Positions 23,878 through 35,184 of a stretch of 41,519 nt of DNA are shown here, in pieces. The DNA is from Octopus bimaculoides (lineage: Eukaryota). The translations under genes and the position numbers were made by a program. The notes under the pieces were generated by a model that worked only from the letters and a program-made list of their open reading frames with translations, was not told the origin of the DNA and did not search any database. Each line of letters opens with the position of its first letter. The stretch's first letter is position 1. Where the stretch lies: the NCBI RefSeq assembly GCF_001194135.2, contig NC_068982.1, positions 179,513,815-179,555,333 of the forward strand, read 5' to 3'.

Positions 23878-23927
23878 ATCTGCACGTGTTTTTTACTGAT
23901 ATCTGCACGTGTTTTTTACTGATATCT
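23878..23927. repeat. 23-bp tandem duplication containing CACGTG
   Basis: atctgcacgtgttttttactgat twice, plus atct. Confidence 0.9.
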
Positions 23928-24169
23928 CAATGTCTAGAAGTTATTAAAACCAATAAATTCTCTGAAGTACTTCGGCAGCTATTTGTACATATGTAAATAT
24001 ATATGCATGTGTGTGCGTGCGTGTGTGTGCTTGTGTGTGTGCCTCTGTAGATATATGTATGTGTTTATGTGTGCAACGTGTATCTATTAGCTGACCGAAC
24101 ATTTTTAGCGAGAGACATGCAATAAGCCTGGGGCATTGATCTAAGATCGAAGTGTGATATTTTATTTAT

Positions 24170-24725
24170 CATCATCGGTTCGAGTTTGCTCGTTTGCATG
24201 ACTCTGACCCGACGTCTGTTTCTATCTTCCATGTGATATGATTGCTCCCCTTGGTTGACATCCAGTGTCATTTGTTAACTGATCAACTTATGATGTCACA
24301 GGAGGTCATTGTGATTGCAATCTTGCCGAGTTATCAAGTGTAGAATGTCCTTGACTAATGCGACCTTACTTCTCCAGCAGTATCCAGCAAAACGAATTCT
24401 TCAATCTGTAATGGGGTCTGATAGATTTCGTAGTTTTATTGTTCAAGCTTTCTGACATAAGATGTGCACATGTAGGTGTTATCCAGCATACTTTCAAGCC
24501 TTCTGGTTAGTATCCGGGAAAAAGTTATAAAAAACCAAACGATACAGCCATTGCAAGGAAGAATTTCTTTTGCATATTATTTGAGAACTTTGATTTCGTT
24601 GAAATGCTGAGAATTTAAGATGTTGCCAAAGGTTTTCTGATACGTATTTAGCATCTGCCTCTGTAGATTTTATGTGGCTGCTGAGGTGCGTGAAAGAATT
24701 TACTGGTTTTAAAGTCTTCTAGACA
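24170..24725 (-). mobile_element. Degraded RTE-like (RTE-X type) LINE C-terminal region
   Basis: PVNSFTHLSSHIKSTEAD, ILTRRLESMLDNTY, RIRFAGYCWRSK and MEDRNRRRVRVM follow the post-RT motif order of RTE-type ORFs. Confidence 0.7.
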
Positions 24726-25374
24726 TTGAAATTATCATAACTACCTAGATGTAATTCATGATGTACATATGTGTAAAGAAATACGTACATATAAATACAC
24801 ACAGACATAGACATATACGTATATGTACACTACATATCCTTGTATGTACGTATATGTGTCTGTACATAAGTGAGTGCATATGTATATATATACATACATA
24901 CATACATGAGTGGATATATGTTTACATACATGTATACATGCATACATACATACACATGTATGTGTATACACACATATATATATGTGTATATATANNNNNN
25001 NNNNNNNNNNNNNNNNNNNNNNNNNNNNNNNNNNNNNNNNNNNNNNNNNNNNNNNNNNNNNNNNNNNNNNNNNNNNNNNNNNNNNNNNNNNNNNNNNNNN
25101 NNNNNNNNNNNNNNNNNNNNNNNNNNNNNNNNNNNNNNNNNNNNNNNNNNNNNNNNTATATATATATATATATATATATTTAGATGCATATTTATACATA
25201 TCTACTGACATATAAGTGTGTGTGTGACTGTATGTGTGCGTTATGTATGTATGTATGTATGTATATTTATTTATACATATATTTGCATACTGTGTGTGCG
25301 TCTGTGTCTATGTGCGCGTCTGTGTGTGGTATAGTGTGACGTGTGTTTATGTGTGTTTCTGTGTGTGTGCACGT

Positions 25375-25480
25375 TTGCTAAACCAGCCACGTGAGTTTGC
25401 TAAACCATCCACGTGCGATTGCTAAACCAGCCACGTGTGATTGCTAAACCAGCCACGTGCGTTTGCTAAACCAGCCACGA
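25375..25480. repeat. 22-bp minisatellite, 4.8 copies, four CACGTG E-boxes
   Basis: ttgctaaaccagccacgtgNgN units start at 25375, 25397, 25419, 25441 and 25463. Confidence 0.95.
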
Positions 25481-25934
25481 TCTCCTGTGTCCTAAATTTG
25501 CTCCTAATGACATTCATTTTAAACAGCTTGTGGTGGCGGGTTATTAAAGTGGTATTTACTACAAGCAGGCGTCAATTTTGGAGTAACCGTTTCATTTTTA
25601 CATAATATTCATAATATTTATTTATATTCCGTCATTCGATCATCAATTTATTCTGTTATCCTATAGTTGCATATTTCAGCTATTCTGTTACTCTTTGAAT
25701 AAAGCAAAGGGAGAACGTAATTAGTAAAATGCAGAATATTAGTTTACCGTCCGCTCATAAGTGAGTTTAAATTGTAAGAAAGATATCTTTGGAACAGATG
25801 GATGGGTTCGAGTAAGAGAGTATGAAACAAAAGAATAGATTTATGTGGGAAAGAATTTGAACAATACAAAATTCTATAGAGCAATACAGAATTGTTCCTT
25901 GTACGTTCAGAAATTGTTATAACTACGTCACCTT

Positions 25935-26110
25935 ATCTTTTATCTTTTACTTGTCTCAGTCATTAGACAGCGGTCATGCTGGGGCACCGCCTTGTATCTT
26001 TTTGGTCGAATGAATCAATCCCAGTATTACTTTTTAAGCCTAGTACTTATTCTATCGATCTCTTTTGCCAAAACACACCAACATCGGTTGTCAGGCTGTG
26101 GTGAGCGGAA
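25935..26110 (-). mobile_element. SINE family B tail
   Basis: cttttacttgtctcagtcattagacagcggtcatgctggggcaccgcc...ctagtacttattctatcgatctcttttgcc...caccaacatcggttgtcagg; followed by (CA)n/(TATC)n. Confidence 0.85.
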
Positions 26111-26186
26111 CAAACACAGACACAAAGATACACACTCACACACACACACACACACACACACAGACAGATCTGTATATCTACATCTA

Positions 26187-26253
<67 letters not shown>

Positions 26254-27220
26254 GTATGTATCTATCTATCTATATATATATANNNNNNNNNNNNNNNNNN
26301 NNNNNNNNNNNNNNNNNNNNNNNNNNNNNNNNNNNNNNNNNNNNNNNNNNNNNNNNNNNNNNNNNNNNNNNNNNNNNNNNNNNNNNNNNNNNNNNNNNNN
26401 NNNNNNNNNNNNNNNNNNNNNNNNNNNNNNNNNNNNNNNNNNNNNNNNNNNNNNNNNNNNNNNNNNNNNNNNNNNNNNNNNNNNNNNNNNNNNNNNNNNN
26501 NNNNNNNNNNNNNNNNNNNNNNNNNNNNNNNNNNNNNNNNNNNNNNNNNNNNNNNNNNNNNNNNNNNNNNNNNNNNNNNNNNNNNNNNNNNNNNNNNNNN
26601 NNNNNNNNNNNNNNNNNNNNNNNNNNNNNNNNNNNNNNNNNNNNNNNNNNNNNNNNNNNNNNNNNNNNNNNNNNNNNNNNNNNNNNNNNNNNNNNNNNNN
26701 NNNNNNNNNNNNNNNNNNNNNNNNNNNNNNNNNNNNNNNNNNNNNNNNNNNNNNNNNNNNNNNNNNNNNNNNNNNNNNNNNNNNNNNNNNNNNNNNNNNN
26801 NNNNNNNNNNNNNNNNNNNNNNNNNNNNNNNNNNNNNNNNNNNNNNNNNNNNNNNNNNNNNNNNNNNNNNNNNNNNNNNNNNNNNNNNNNNNNNNNNNNN
26901 NNNNNNNNNNNNNNNNNNNNNNNNNNNNNNNNNNNNNNNNNNNNNNNNNNNNNNNNNNNNNNNNNNNNNNNNNNNNNNNNNNNNNNNNNNNNNNNNNNNN
27001 NNNNNNNNNNNNNNNNNNNNNNNNNNNNNNNNNNNNNNNNNNNNNNNNNNNNNNNNNNNNNNNNNNNNNNNNNNNNNNNNNNNNNNNNNNNNNNNNNNNN
27101 NNNNNNNNNNNNNNNNNNNNNNNNNNNNNNNNNNNNNNNNNNNNNNNNNNNNNNNNNNNNNNNNNNNNNNNNNNNNNNNNNNNNNNNNNNNNNNNNNNNN
27201 NNNNNNNNNNNNNNNNNNNC

Positions 27221-27993
27221 ACCTCCATCCACTACAAACACACCGACTCACACTCATACCTCAACTTCTCCTCCTCCCACCCTACCCACACCAAGCTCTC
27301 CATCCCCTCCGCCCAATTCTTCCGTCTACGCAGGCTCTGCAGTGAAAACTATGACTTTGAGACTCAGTCTCAGCTCATAACACGCCACTTCATCCTTCGT
27401 GAATATCCCCTCACCACTATCCACACTGCCCTTGCCAGAGTACGTTCCGACCCTACCCATACATCCTCACCTAAAACCCACACCCCACCCTCACCTACCC
27501 ACCCCCACTCTCGCATCCCACACCACACTACACTACACCACACCACATGCCACACCACACTACACCACACCACATCACACCACCCCGCACACACTAGCAC
27601 TGACCACTTCCCAGCACCCACACTATCATCCACACACCTACACACGCACACATCCGCACGTCAAGGTCATCAGCCCCTATTCACACTTACACACTCTCGC
27701 ATACATCGCACGCGCACCTTTGTTTTGGGATCACCACTACCTTATTATCTCCCCTTCATCCTAGCTCTCCTATCTGACTATCTCCGTCCAGCTAGCCGCC
27801 ATGATTGACCGTTAGCCACTAAAGCTTTTTTTTTTATTCTGTTTATTTTCTCGTGTTCCTTTCTGTTGAAGAGCGTAGGCTCGAAACGTAAAAGACTTTC
27901 CCACCTTCCCGAGCATTAAACTAATACAGCTGTTTGTTGTTTACACATCTGTTTTCATCTTTTGTTTTTTTTTTCTTTTTTGTAAATTCCAAC
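27221..27993 (+). mobile_element. Penelope-like element remnant: RT C-terminal region joined to 3' region with hammerhead motif
   Basis: TSIHYKHTDSHSYLNFSSSHPTHTKLSIPSAQFFRLRRLCS...FILREYP..TIHTALAR matches the PLE post-RT motif (YRKPT...YL...S.HP...K.SIP.SQ..RL.R.CS). The 3' 500 bp is shared with 15581-16100. Confidence 0.88.
27859..27894 (+). ncRNA. Minimal type-I hammerhead ribozyme motif, A6U core variant
   Basis: cttt-CUGUUGA-A-gagc(gtag)gctc-GAA-AC/GU-A-aaag; identical to 15673-15708 except at the free position 7. Confidence 0.65.
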
Positions 27994-28010
27994 TATATAT
28001 ATATTGATAT

Positions 28011-28170
28011 ATACGACGAGCTTCTTTCAGTTCCTGTCTATCAATTCCACTCTCAAGGTTTTGGTCGGCTCGAGGCTAAAGTAGAAGTCACTTGCACAAG
28101 GTGCCACGCACTGGGACTAAACCCGGAACCATGTGGTTGGGAAGCAAGCTTCTCACTGCACAGACCCGCC
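28011..28170 (-). mobile_element. SINE family B head
   Basis: acgacgagcttctttcagttcctgtc...ggtcggctcgaggctaaagtagaagtcacttgcacaaggtgccacgcactgggactaaacccggaaccatgtggttgggaagcaagcttc. Confidence 0.88.
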
Positions 28171-28289
28171 TTGAAAGTTTAGATTAAATTCCCATTTATT
28201 ATACTGATGTTACACGCGATATGTTAGTATATTTCTACCTATAATCTTATACCTAGTACTGATGTCAGTTTGTTAATACATAGCCTGAA

Positions 28290-29130
28290 TCTTCTGCATT
28301 CTTTTATATATTTCCCAGCCAACCTCACCACTCATAGGCTAGCCTTGGCATATTTGTTTCATCCCATACACATCCATCAACATATAAATTTAGTAGGTTT
28401 TCAACTTTTCTTTTGTATATGATTTTAAATTATGCACATAGAAAACAATGGTACGTAGTCTACCTACAGCTTATGTAACCATAAATAGGTTCAGTCAAGA
28501 TACAAGAGTAATTAAGATAAAGAATCACTCTCAACAATTCCTCTTTGTCTGTAGACCAGACATTTTTGATTATCTTCTCTTTATTTTGCTGTGTAATCGA
28601 TTAGTGTCTCTGTATTGAGCCTACTTCTGTATATTGTTCCTAATATCAGATTCTGTGGTGCGTTGTCCGTAATACCAGAATATTGCATATTGTTGAAGAT
28701 AATAATCTATGCCATGCTGAGATTTTTGTTCCTATCTTCCTTATCTTCAATAACTATTCGGTTTAGCTAAGTTTATTCTTTTTTATACATACATACATAC
28801 TTTCCCTATACCCTTTACTTCCTCTTGAAAGATATTATAATATTCCAGATGAGCAACTAGTCTGTTGGGAGATATTTTGTTGATAAGCAGCTTTAAAATC
28901 TCAGTGGTTCCCGGTGTTGTATTTACTGTTGCTCAAATAATAAACATGGTTTTCCTCTCCAGAAAGCCATCGACTGTTGATTCTAGTTTTGGTATTAATA
29001 ATTCATTAAATGTTGTTGCTATAACTCTAGTTATGCTAGAACACGTTTGTGCCTTCTGCTTTTACCTTGCTCTTTCCTTGTGCATCTTTATCCTATTTAG
29101 TTTCACGTGTTTTCCTTTGTAATTGGATTT
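28290..29130 (-). mobile_element. Degraded R4/Dong-like RLE LINE reverse transcriptase region
   Basis: TFNELL, NRLVAHLEYYNIFQE, NKNLSMA* (28701-30; WIDY motif) and RGIVESDSLS (28518-43; GDSLSP motif) occur in the correct RT order. Confidence 0.7.
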
Positions 29131-29394
29131 ATATTAGATTAATATCTGATTTAATTGGATTTATATTGGATTAAATGTTTTCTACAATAACATTTGAATG
29201 TCTTGATAGAAATATATTTCGCATTTCTTTCATTTATGTGTTGGAAGAAAATCGACCAAGTTTATGAAATTACTTTATCGACCACGTTTTTATCAAAAAA
29301 AAAACAGCTGCTTTAGTTTTTTCCACATCATAGGCCCAGTTACCCGGCTTCCATGGCCTATGAGGGGCTAGAGCTACAACATTCCCACCGAACT

Positions 29395-29540
29395 GGTTAC
29401 TCATTTACAACCGAGTGGGCTGAAGCATCGTAAAATTAAGTGCTTTCTTCAAGAGCAAAAAGCAACGTCCAGTTCGGGAATCAAAACCATCATGTTATGA
29501 TTATGAGTTCAACACACTTACCACTTGGCCATGCACATTC
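29395..29540 (-). mobile_element. Decayed tRNA-headed SINE similar to the 14197 element
   Basis: Reverse complement gcatggccaagtggtaag...ggttttgattcccgaac...cttgaagaaagcacttaattttacgatgcttcagcccactcgg. Confidence 0.55.
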
Positions 29541-30905
29541 ACTTCCACTTCCACTTCCACTTCCTGTTCAGCCTCTATTTTCCTAATATTTTATTTTATT
29601 AATATTTGCTCGGTTTTGGATTGTTTTTATCCTCTTTATTTACTTTTATACTTGATTTCGCTGAGTAAGTCTATGTACATTAGTTTTGATGTCAATTTAG
29701 TATATTTCTACTGTATTAAGTGATTGGTAACTTACACTATTAGGACTGAAACCAGTTTGCATCGATATTGCTAAGGCAACTGAGTTTTCTTGCGTGAGGG
29801 CTTGGTCAGATTTTGTTAGTATTCCCTGGCGATGTTCGATTATCAGCAACATAAGAATTATGTCTCTGGCAATTAGATAGTGCAGTTCGTATATTATCTT
29901 TATTGATGACTTGTTTTGATGTGCTTTCTTTTAGTCATAATATTGTGTGACATGAAAGACATTTTGCTGTGATTGGTTGTAGAATGGCTTCTTTCATTGG
30001 CTCTCGTAATCCTGCTGTCCTCGATTTTTCATAATTTTTTACCAGATGTTTTTACTTTGTATGAGGTATTTTCGTTTTGAGTGTTATCTTTCTGTTATGT
30101 TGTTATGTAAGAGGTCACGTGTTTTTGTGTTGCGAGAGTTTATCTGTATTTATGTATAGTCGTCAGTCCTTACATTTTGTTGTACCATTCGTATCAGTTT
30201 ATCTATTTCCGTTTCCTGGATTTTCTTTATTGTGCATACTCATACATCTCAGGATTGTTTTCAGATTTAGTTGTTGTCATACACGCATTCTTCTATGTTT
30301 GGATGGACCCTAATAATCGATACTTACAGAGTAAAATGCTAGCGATTAATAGGAAATCGACAAAAATATTTGGAAATCAACAACGTGACATAATACTTTA
30401 ATTATTTAATGCCTTCTTACGGACATTTTTCAATACTGGATATTTCTCACTGGTTTCAATTATTAAACTGCTGAAAACATTCTAGATTTTGGGTATTAAT
30501 GAACGGAAGTAATGAATAATAACGAAATTATGTGTTTCTGTTCAAGGAAATGAACAGGTACATAATACTGCCATTTCAAAGTAATTGAATAATTTAACTT
30601 TCTACATGACAATTCTTAAAGTCATCTTTACTTTGCATTGTTGAAGAAAATATCTTACACTTCCAGGTATTGCTCTTTCGTATATCAATTTCTGGTGGGT
30701 TTTTTCTCGATTTTGAATGATTCTAGCAGTGTGAAATGTTACTTTCTGTTACGGTTTCACTTTCTGAAAAAAACACCCTTGTGACTCACGTGTTACACAT
30801 GACACATCAATCACACTTGACCTTTTCTCTGGTTCGTTTTGCTTTCTTTATGTCTTTACAAGTTGGCCACGAACATACATGATTATTTGTTACTATGAAC
30901 AATAT

Positions 30906-31046
30906 GCGTTTTGAGTTCAAATTCCACCGAGGTCAACATTGCCTTTCATCCTTTTAGGGATCGATAAAATAAGTGCCAGTTGAGCACTAGGGTCGATGTA
31001 ATCGATTTAGCTCTCGAAGCTGCTGATCCTGACAAAATTTGAAACC
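30906..31046 (+). mobile_element. SINE family A (5' truncated)
   Basis: cgttttgagttcaaattccaccgaggtcaacattgcctttcatcc...gataaaataagtgccagttgagcactagggtcgatgtaatcg...tttgaaacc. Confidence 0.88.
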
Positions 31047-31213
31047 ATTATAAACAATATATTGCGTTTATAATTCAGTCAAGTGAGCGATGAAATAGAT
31101 TTCAGTTGTACTTATTGTAAATTTTACTTCGAGATTCGGTGATGCTATTGGATTTTGTACTTACAGAGTGCAATGAGTCTTGAATAATTATGCTAGACAT
31201 AGTCACTCCTTAT

Positions 31214-31506
31214 TCAACTTTGAGCTTTTTTGAGCATTATTCTCCTCTTGTATGCTGCAGAAAGCTGTATCATTTCACTTTCTTTTTCATTAGAACTGAC
31301 CTGGTCATAAGCGGGGTCCATTGTAAAGATTGCACTTTTCTCATCCTTTCGGTGGGAAACGCAAGCATTTTCCCCTCTATGATGGCTATAACGAAATACA
31401 TTGAACTGCGAACAAAATTGAGATAACTGAGAATATACGCCTTCCTTTTCTGCCCAGGGTAGAGAGGAAGTTCTAGTATCTTTTTCTTTTGATGGTGAGT
31501 ATACCA
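31214..31506 (-). CDS. Unassigned candidate coding exon (97-aa open frame)
   Basis: Non-repetitive frame VYSPSKEKD...KKAQS* following a cacag acceptor-like site. No recognisable homology, and competing splice-like signals exist on the plus strand. Confidence 0.2.
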
Positions 31507-32728
31507 CTGTGATCGATTTCAGTTAATACCAGGGGCAAGTAGGAAATATATTCCTCTCAGTATTTTCTAAAGAATAAATTCTAGTACTTTTCATTCGTAT
31601 TCTTTATTTTACTAAATTATAATCGATTGTCTATTTTTATGCATTTCTATTTAATATCCATTCTTTCTATGAATTCTTATTACTTTATTGCAACGCGTCA
31701 TAAATCGATATTGTTTTCCCTTTCAAAAAAAAATGTTATTTTGTTTATAACTTCGTCATCAGCTGAAATCTATTTCCCTTCTGCTTCCAGGTTTCAAATC
31801 CTCATTCTTAGTCAGGATATTCAGTGTCGCTGTTGCTTACACCTGAAAGACTTTCCGTTTATTCTCATTGTCCTTTAGTATAACATGGTAGTTTTATTGT
31901 TATTTAGTTAGTGTCGCTTTTCAATTGTCAAACTACATTTTATACAGCATTGTATTAAAATATGGTAAAAGTTTTCTTATCATATATTACAAATTTCATA
32001 ACAAAAGATCATTTTTGTAAAGCATGTATATATATAGTTAAGTATAGTTAAGGTGACGCCGTAATTATATATCTGAAGACGAATGCTGGAGAGCACAATG
32101 TATTTAGTTCCTGATATGTCTCCAGAGGCTACATTAATGTGCCTTTATGAATATTAAATATGCTTTAGAGTAAAAGCAAGGTTAATTTACTCATAATCTG
32201 TCTGAACGGAACATCTTGAGAATAATTTCAATCAATAATAAAATTCTGTTTCACTGAATGCTTCGAATTGGCTCTACAACAATTGCCCAAATAATGAATT
32301 CTTTGCTGTTATCAATATGTCGCTATTGACTACGAACGTCATGTAATTTGAAAGACGTTTAAACAAAATTTAGGTGCCGTGCTCTCCCTTGTGGCTGAAG
32401 ACATCCATTTCCTTTTATCATCGGTCCTAATAAATTTAACTATCTAAGACAATGATTAATGGTAATATGGGAATTTGGGTGAATTTTATGTGCAAAGTGA
32501 ATTCCACAAACTTGTATGAAATTTATTGATATAATTGATATATACAACCTATCCAAATCATTATTCTCCTATTATATGTTGCATAAAGCTGTATCATTTC
32601 ATTATTTCAGGTAAAGCAAGTTAAATAATGTTTTAAATTAGTGATTAAACAGCACATTCTGAAAATTGGCTGCCAATTTCCAAGTTTGGGAAAACATGTA
32701 CGTTGCTGGTACTTTTAAATAAAGATGT

Positions 32729-32759
<31 letters not shown>

Positions 32760-32760
32760 A

Positions 32761-32791
<31 letters not shown>

Positions 32792-32817
32792 ATGTATGTA
32801 TGTATGTATGTATGTAT
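32729..32817. repeat. (TA)/(TG)/(TATG)n microsatellite
   Basis: Direct reading. Confidence 0.95.
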
Positions 32818-33542
32818 AAAACAAGTGTTTTTATTTACGTAAGCTAGGTTAGACTGAACATGTCAGAAATAACTATGATTTAAGTTAAATTTCATGAAAG
32901 AGAATACAGTTTTATGACAGAGAGGCTTAAAGACTGGCAGAAGTAATTTCAGGAAATTGGCAATGGCTGCTACATGTTTTCATGCTTCGGTATTTCTCAT
33001 ATCATTTTTTGCGTAAATTCCTTTGTGTTGTCAGTTCCATGCAGAAATATAACTAATCTTGTGAGAATTCTCTCCAATAACAGCTATTTAGGAAAAGTCC
33101 AGACTTTATGTCTCGTACATAAAGTTTGATATTACCCATATAAACGAATTATTAATTGCTTGTGTTCGAAACTTATTCTGTCTCTTCTTCCCCACCGTCA
33201 TATATAGCTAAGGGCTGTGCGGTTTAACGTATTGCGTCGATCAATTACCGTCTTTTGAAAGTGACTAAATTAAAACCCTCTTTCTTGTTGCAGCTTTATA
33301 ATTGCCAACAAAATAAACAAATCTAAAGCGTACTCCATAACACCAGTAACATTGACGACTTTATATATTGCCTAACACAATTTCTTTCTTATAAATCGGA
33401 GCTATTTCCACAATGGACATGCTATTGTAACATTTTCCCTTCCTTTCTTCAGAGACAATTACAATGTTCATGTAATTATGATATTATGTGTATGTCTGCT
33501 TGCATGAACATGCATACATATATGTTTACTTTCGTACGTATA

Positions 33543-33576
<34 letters not shown>

Positions 33577-34409
33577 AGGAGAAAGAGAGAGGAGTGTGCA
33601 TATATGTGTACATATATTTATGTACCCATATATATATGTGCATATATTTATGTACCCATATATATATATATATATATATANNNNNNNNNNNNNNNNNNNN
33701 NNNNNNNNNNNNNNNNNNNNNNNNNNNNNNNNNNNNNNNNNNNNNNNNNNNNNNNNNNNNNNNNNNNNNNNNNNNNNNNNNNNNNNNNNNNNNNNNNNNN
33801 NNNNNNNNNNNNNNNNNNNNNNNNNNNNNNNNNNNNNNNNNNNNNNNNNNNNNNNNNNNNNNNNNNNNNNNNNNNNNNNNNNNNNNNNNNNNNNNNNNNN
33901 NNNNNNNNNNNNNNNNNNNNNNNNNNNNNNNNNNNNNNNNNNNNNNNNNNNNNNNNNNNNNNNNNNNNNATAAAACATAAAAAACAGACAGTGTTGGAAC
34001 TCTTTTAAGCAAAATAATATATATATATGGGTATATATAGATATATACATATATATGTGTGTGCGTGTGTGTGTGAGTATGTATACATTTGGATGCATGT
34101 ACATAAGCATATATTTGAAAACAAAAATATTTCTGTGTGTTAGTATTGTATTGTAATAATTTCCCCCCCAATTTTCCTGTCATTCTTCTCTTTTTTCTCT
34201 TCCTTCTCGTGTCTGCCTGAACTCCCTCCTTTGCTCCCCCTTTCATTCCTCAGTTCACGCTTTTCTTCCATATAACATCTCGCAACCACACCCTTGTATA
34301 TACTTCGAGCATACCGTCTACAATTCTCTAGCCTTCCCTTTTAACTCAAACTCACGTCCGCTCCCATCTTCTCACTTACTCGCTTTCCTTACAGACACAC
34401 CCAATACGA

Positions 34410-34445
<36 letters not shown>

Positions 34446-34577
34446 ACATACACATGCCTCTAGTTAGTCAAGCTACTATACGTCCGCACTTACATCTGTA
34501 CACAAACACACATTATATCCCCCTTATACCCATCTCAATAGACAGATACACACACACACACACTTTCTCTCTCTTTC

Positions 34578-34630
<53 letters not shown>

Positions 34631-34640
34631 NNNNNNNNNN

Positions 34641-34664
<24 letters not shown>

Positions 34665-34671
<7 letters not shown>

Positions 34672-34895
34672 CCTTCGTAGCTATCCTCACGAGAACCGCA
34701 TTCTCAGTAGGCGCTCTTATCCCCTCAGTTTTTTTTTCTTTCCTTCACAACCAATAAATTTCCCCAAGACACCTGATGAAACCTGGAGCTTATATCAGCC
34801 GAAACGTTGTGTTAGCAACAAACAAGATGAGGACAAATATCCGTCAAATGTAAATAATGTAAATAATGTACATATTCCTCATCTATAGAACTGTA
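34665..34895 (+). mobile_element. Probable PLE-type terminal repeat fragment carrying a hammerhead motif
   Basis: Pyrimidine-rich 3' region followed by the hammerhead motif at 34768-34813 and an aaataatgt duplication; no coding remnant seen. Confidence 0.5.
34768..34813 (+). ncRNA. Minimal type-I hammerhead motif with canonical core and damaged stem II
   Basis: gacac-CUGAUGA-A-acctgg(agcttata)tcagcc-GAA-AC/GU-U-gtgtt. Stem I has 4 Watson-Crick pairs plus G.U; the two basal stem II pairs mismatch. Confidence 0.6.
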
Positions 34896-35067
34896 GTATC
34901 GCTAAAGGTCTGTCAACTTTGGGAATGAGTAAAAAACAGAGAGGAGTTGAAACGGGGAAAATTCAAATACGAACGTGAAAATTCTAGTTTAGAGGAAATG
35001 ACGTAATTATCCATCGCTGTTGTAACTGTTGAGAACGAAAAGGAAGTAGGAAGGAAGATAATACTTA

Positions 35068-35070
<3 letters not shown>

Positions 35071-35132
<62 letters not shown>

Positions 35133-35175
35133 ATACATACATACATACATACATACATACATACATACATACATG
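35071..35175. repeat. (GT)n(ACAT)n microsatellite
   Basis: Direct reading. Confidence 0.95.
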
Positions 35176-35184
35176 TATTATCCT

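Noticed and set aside
25375-25480. CRISPR-like array
   Set aside because: Units are contiguous with only 3 variable bases, there are no unique spacers or cas genes, and the context is eukaryotic.
29740-30330. Upstream continuation of the R4-like element
   Set aside because: Only vague peptide resemblance with many stops; motif spacing does not fit.
32953-33060. Short hydrophobic frames between tttcag and gtgag as a signal-peptide exon
   Set aside because: The ATG frame stops after 17 codons and the other frame has no recognisable homology.
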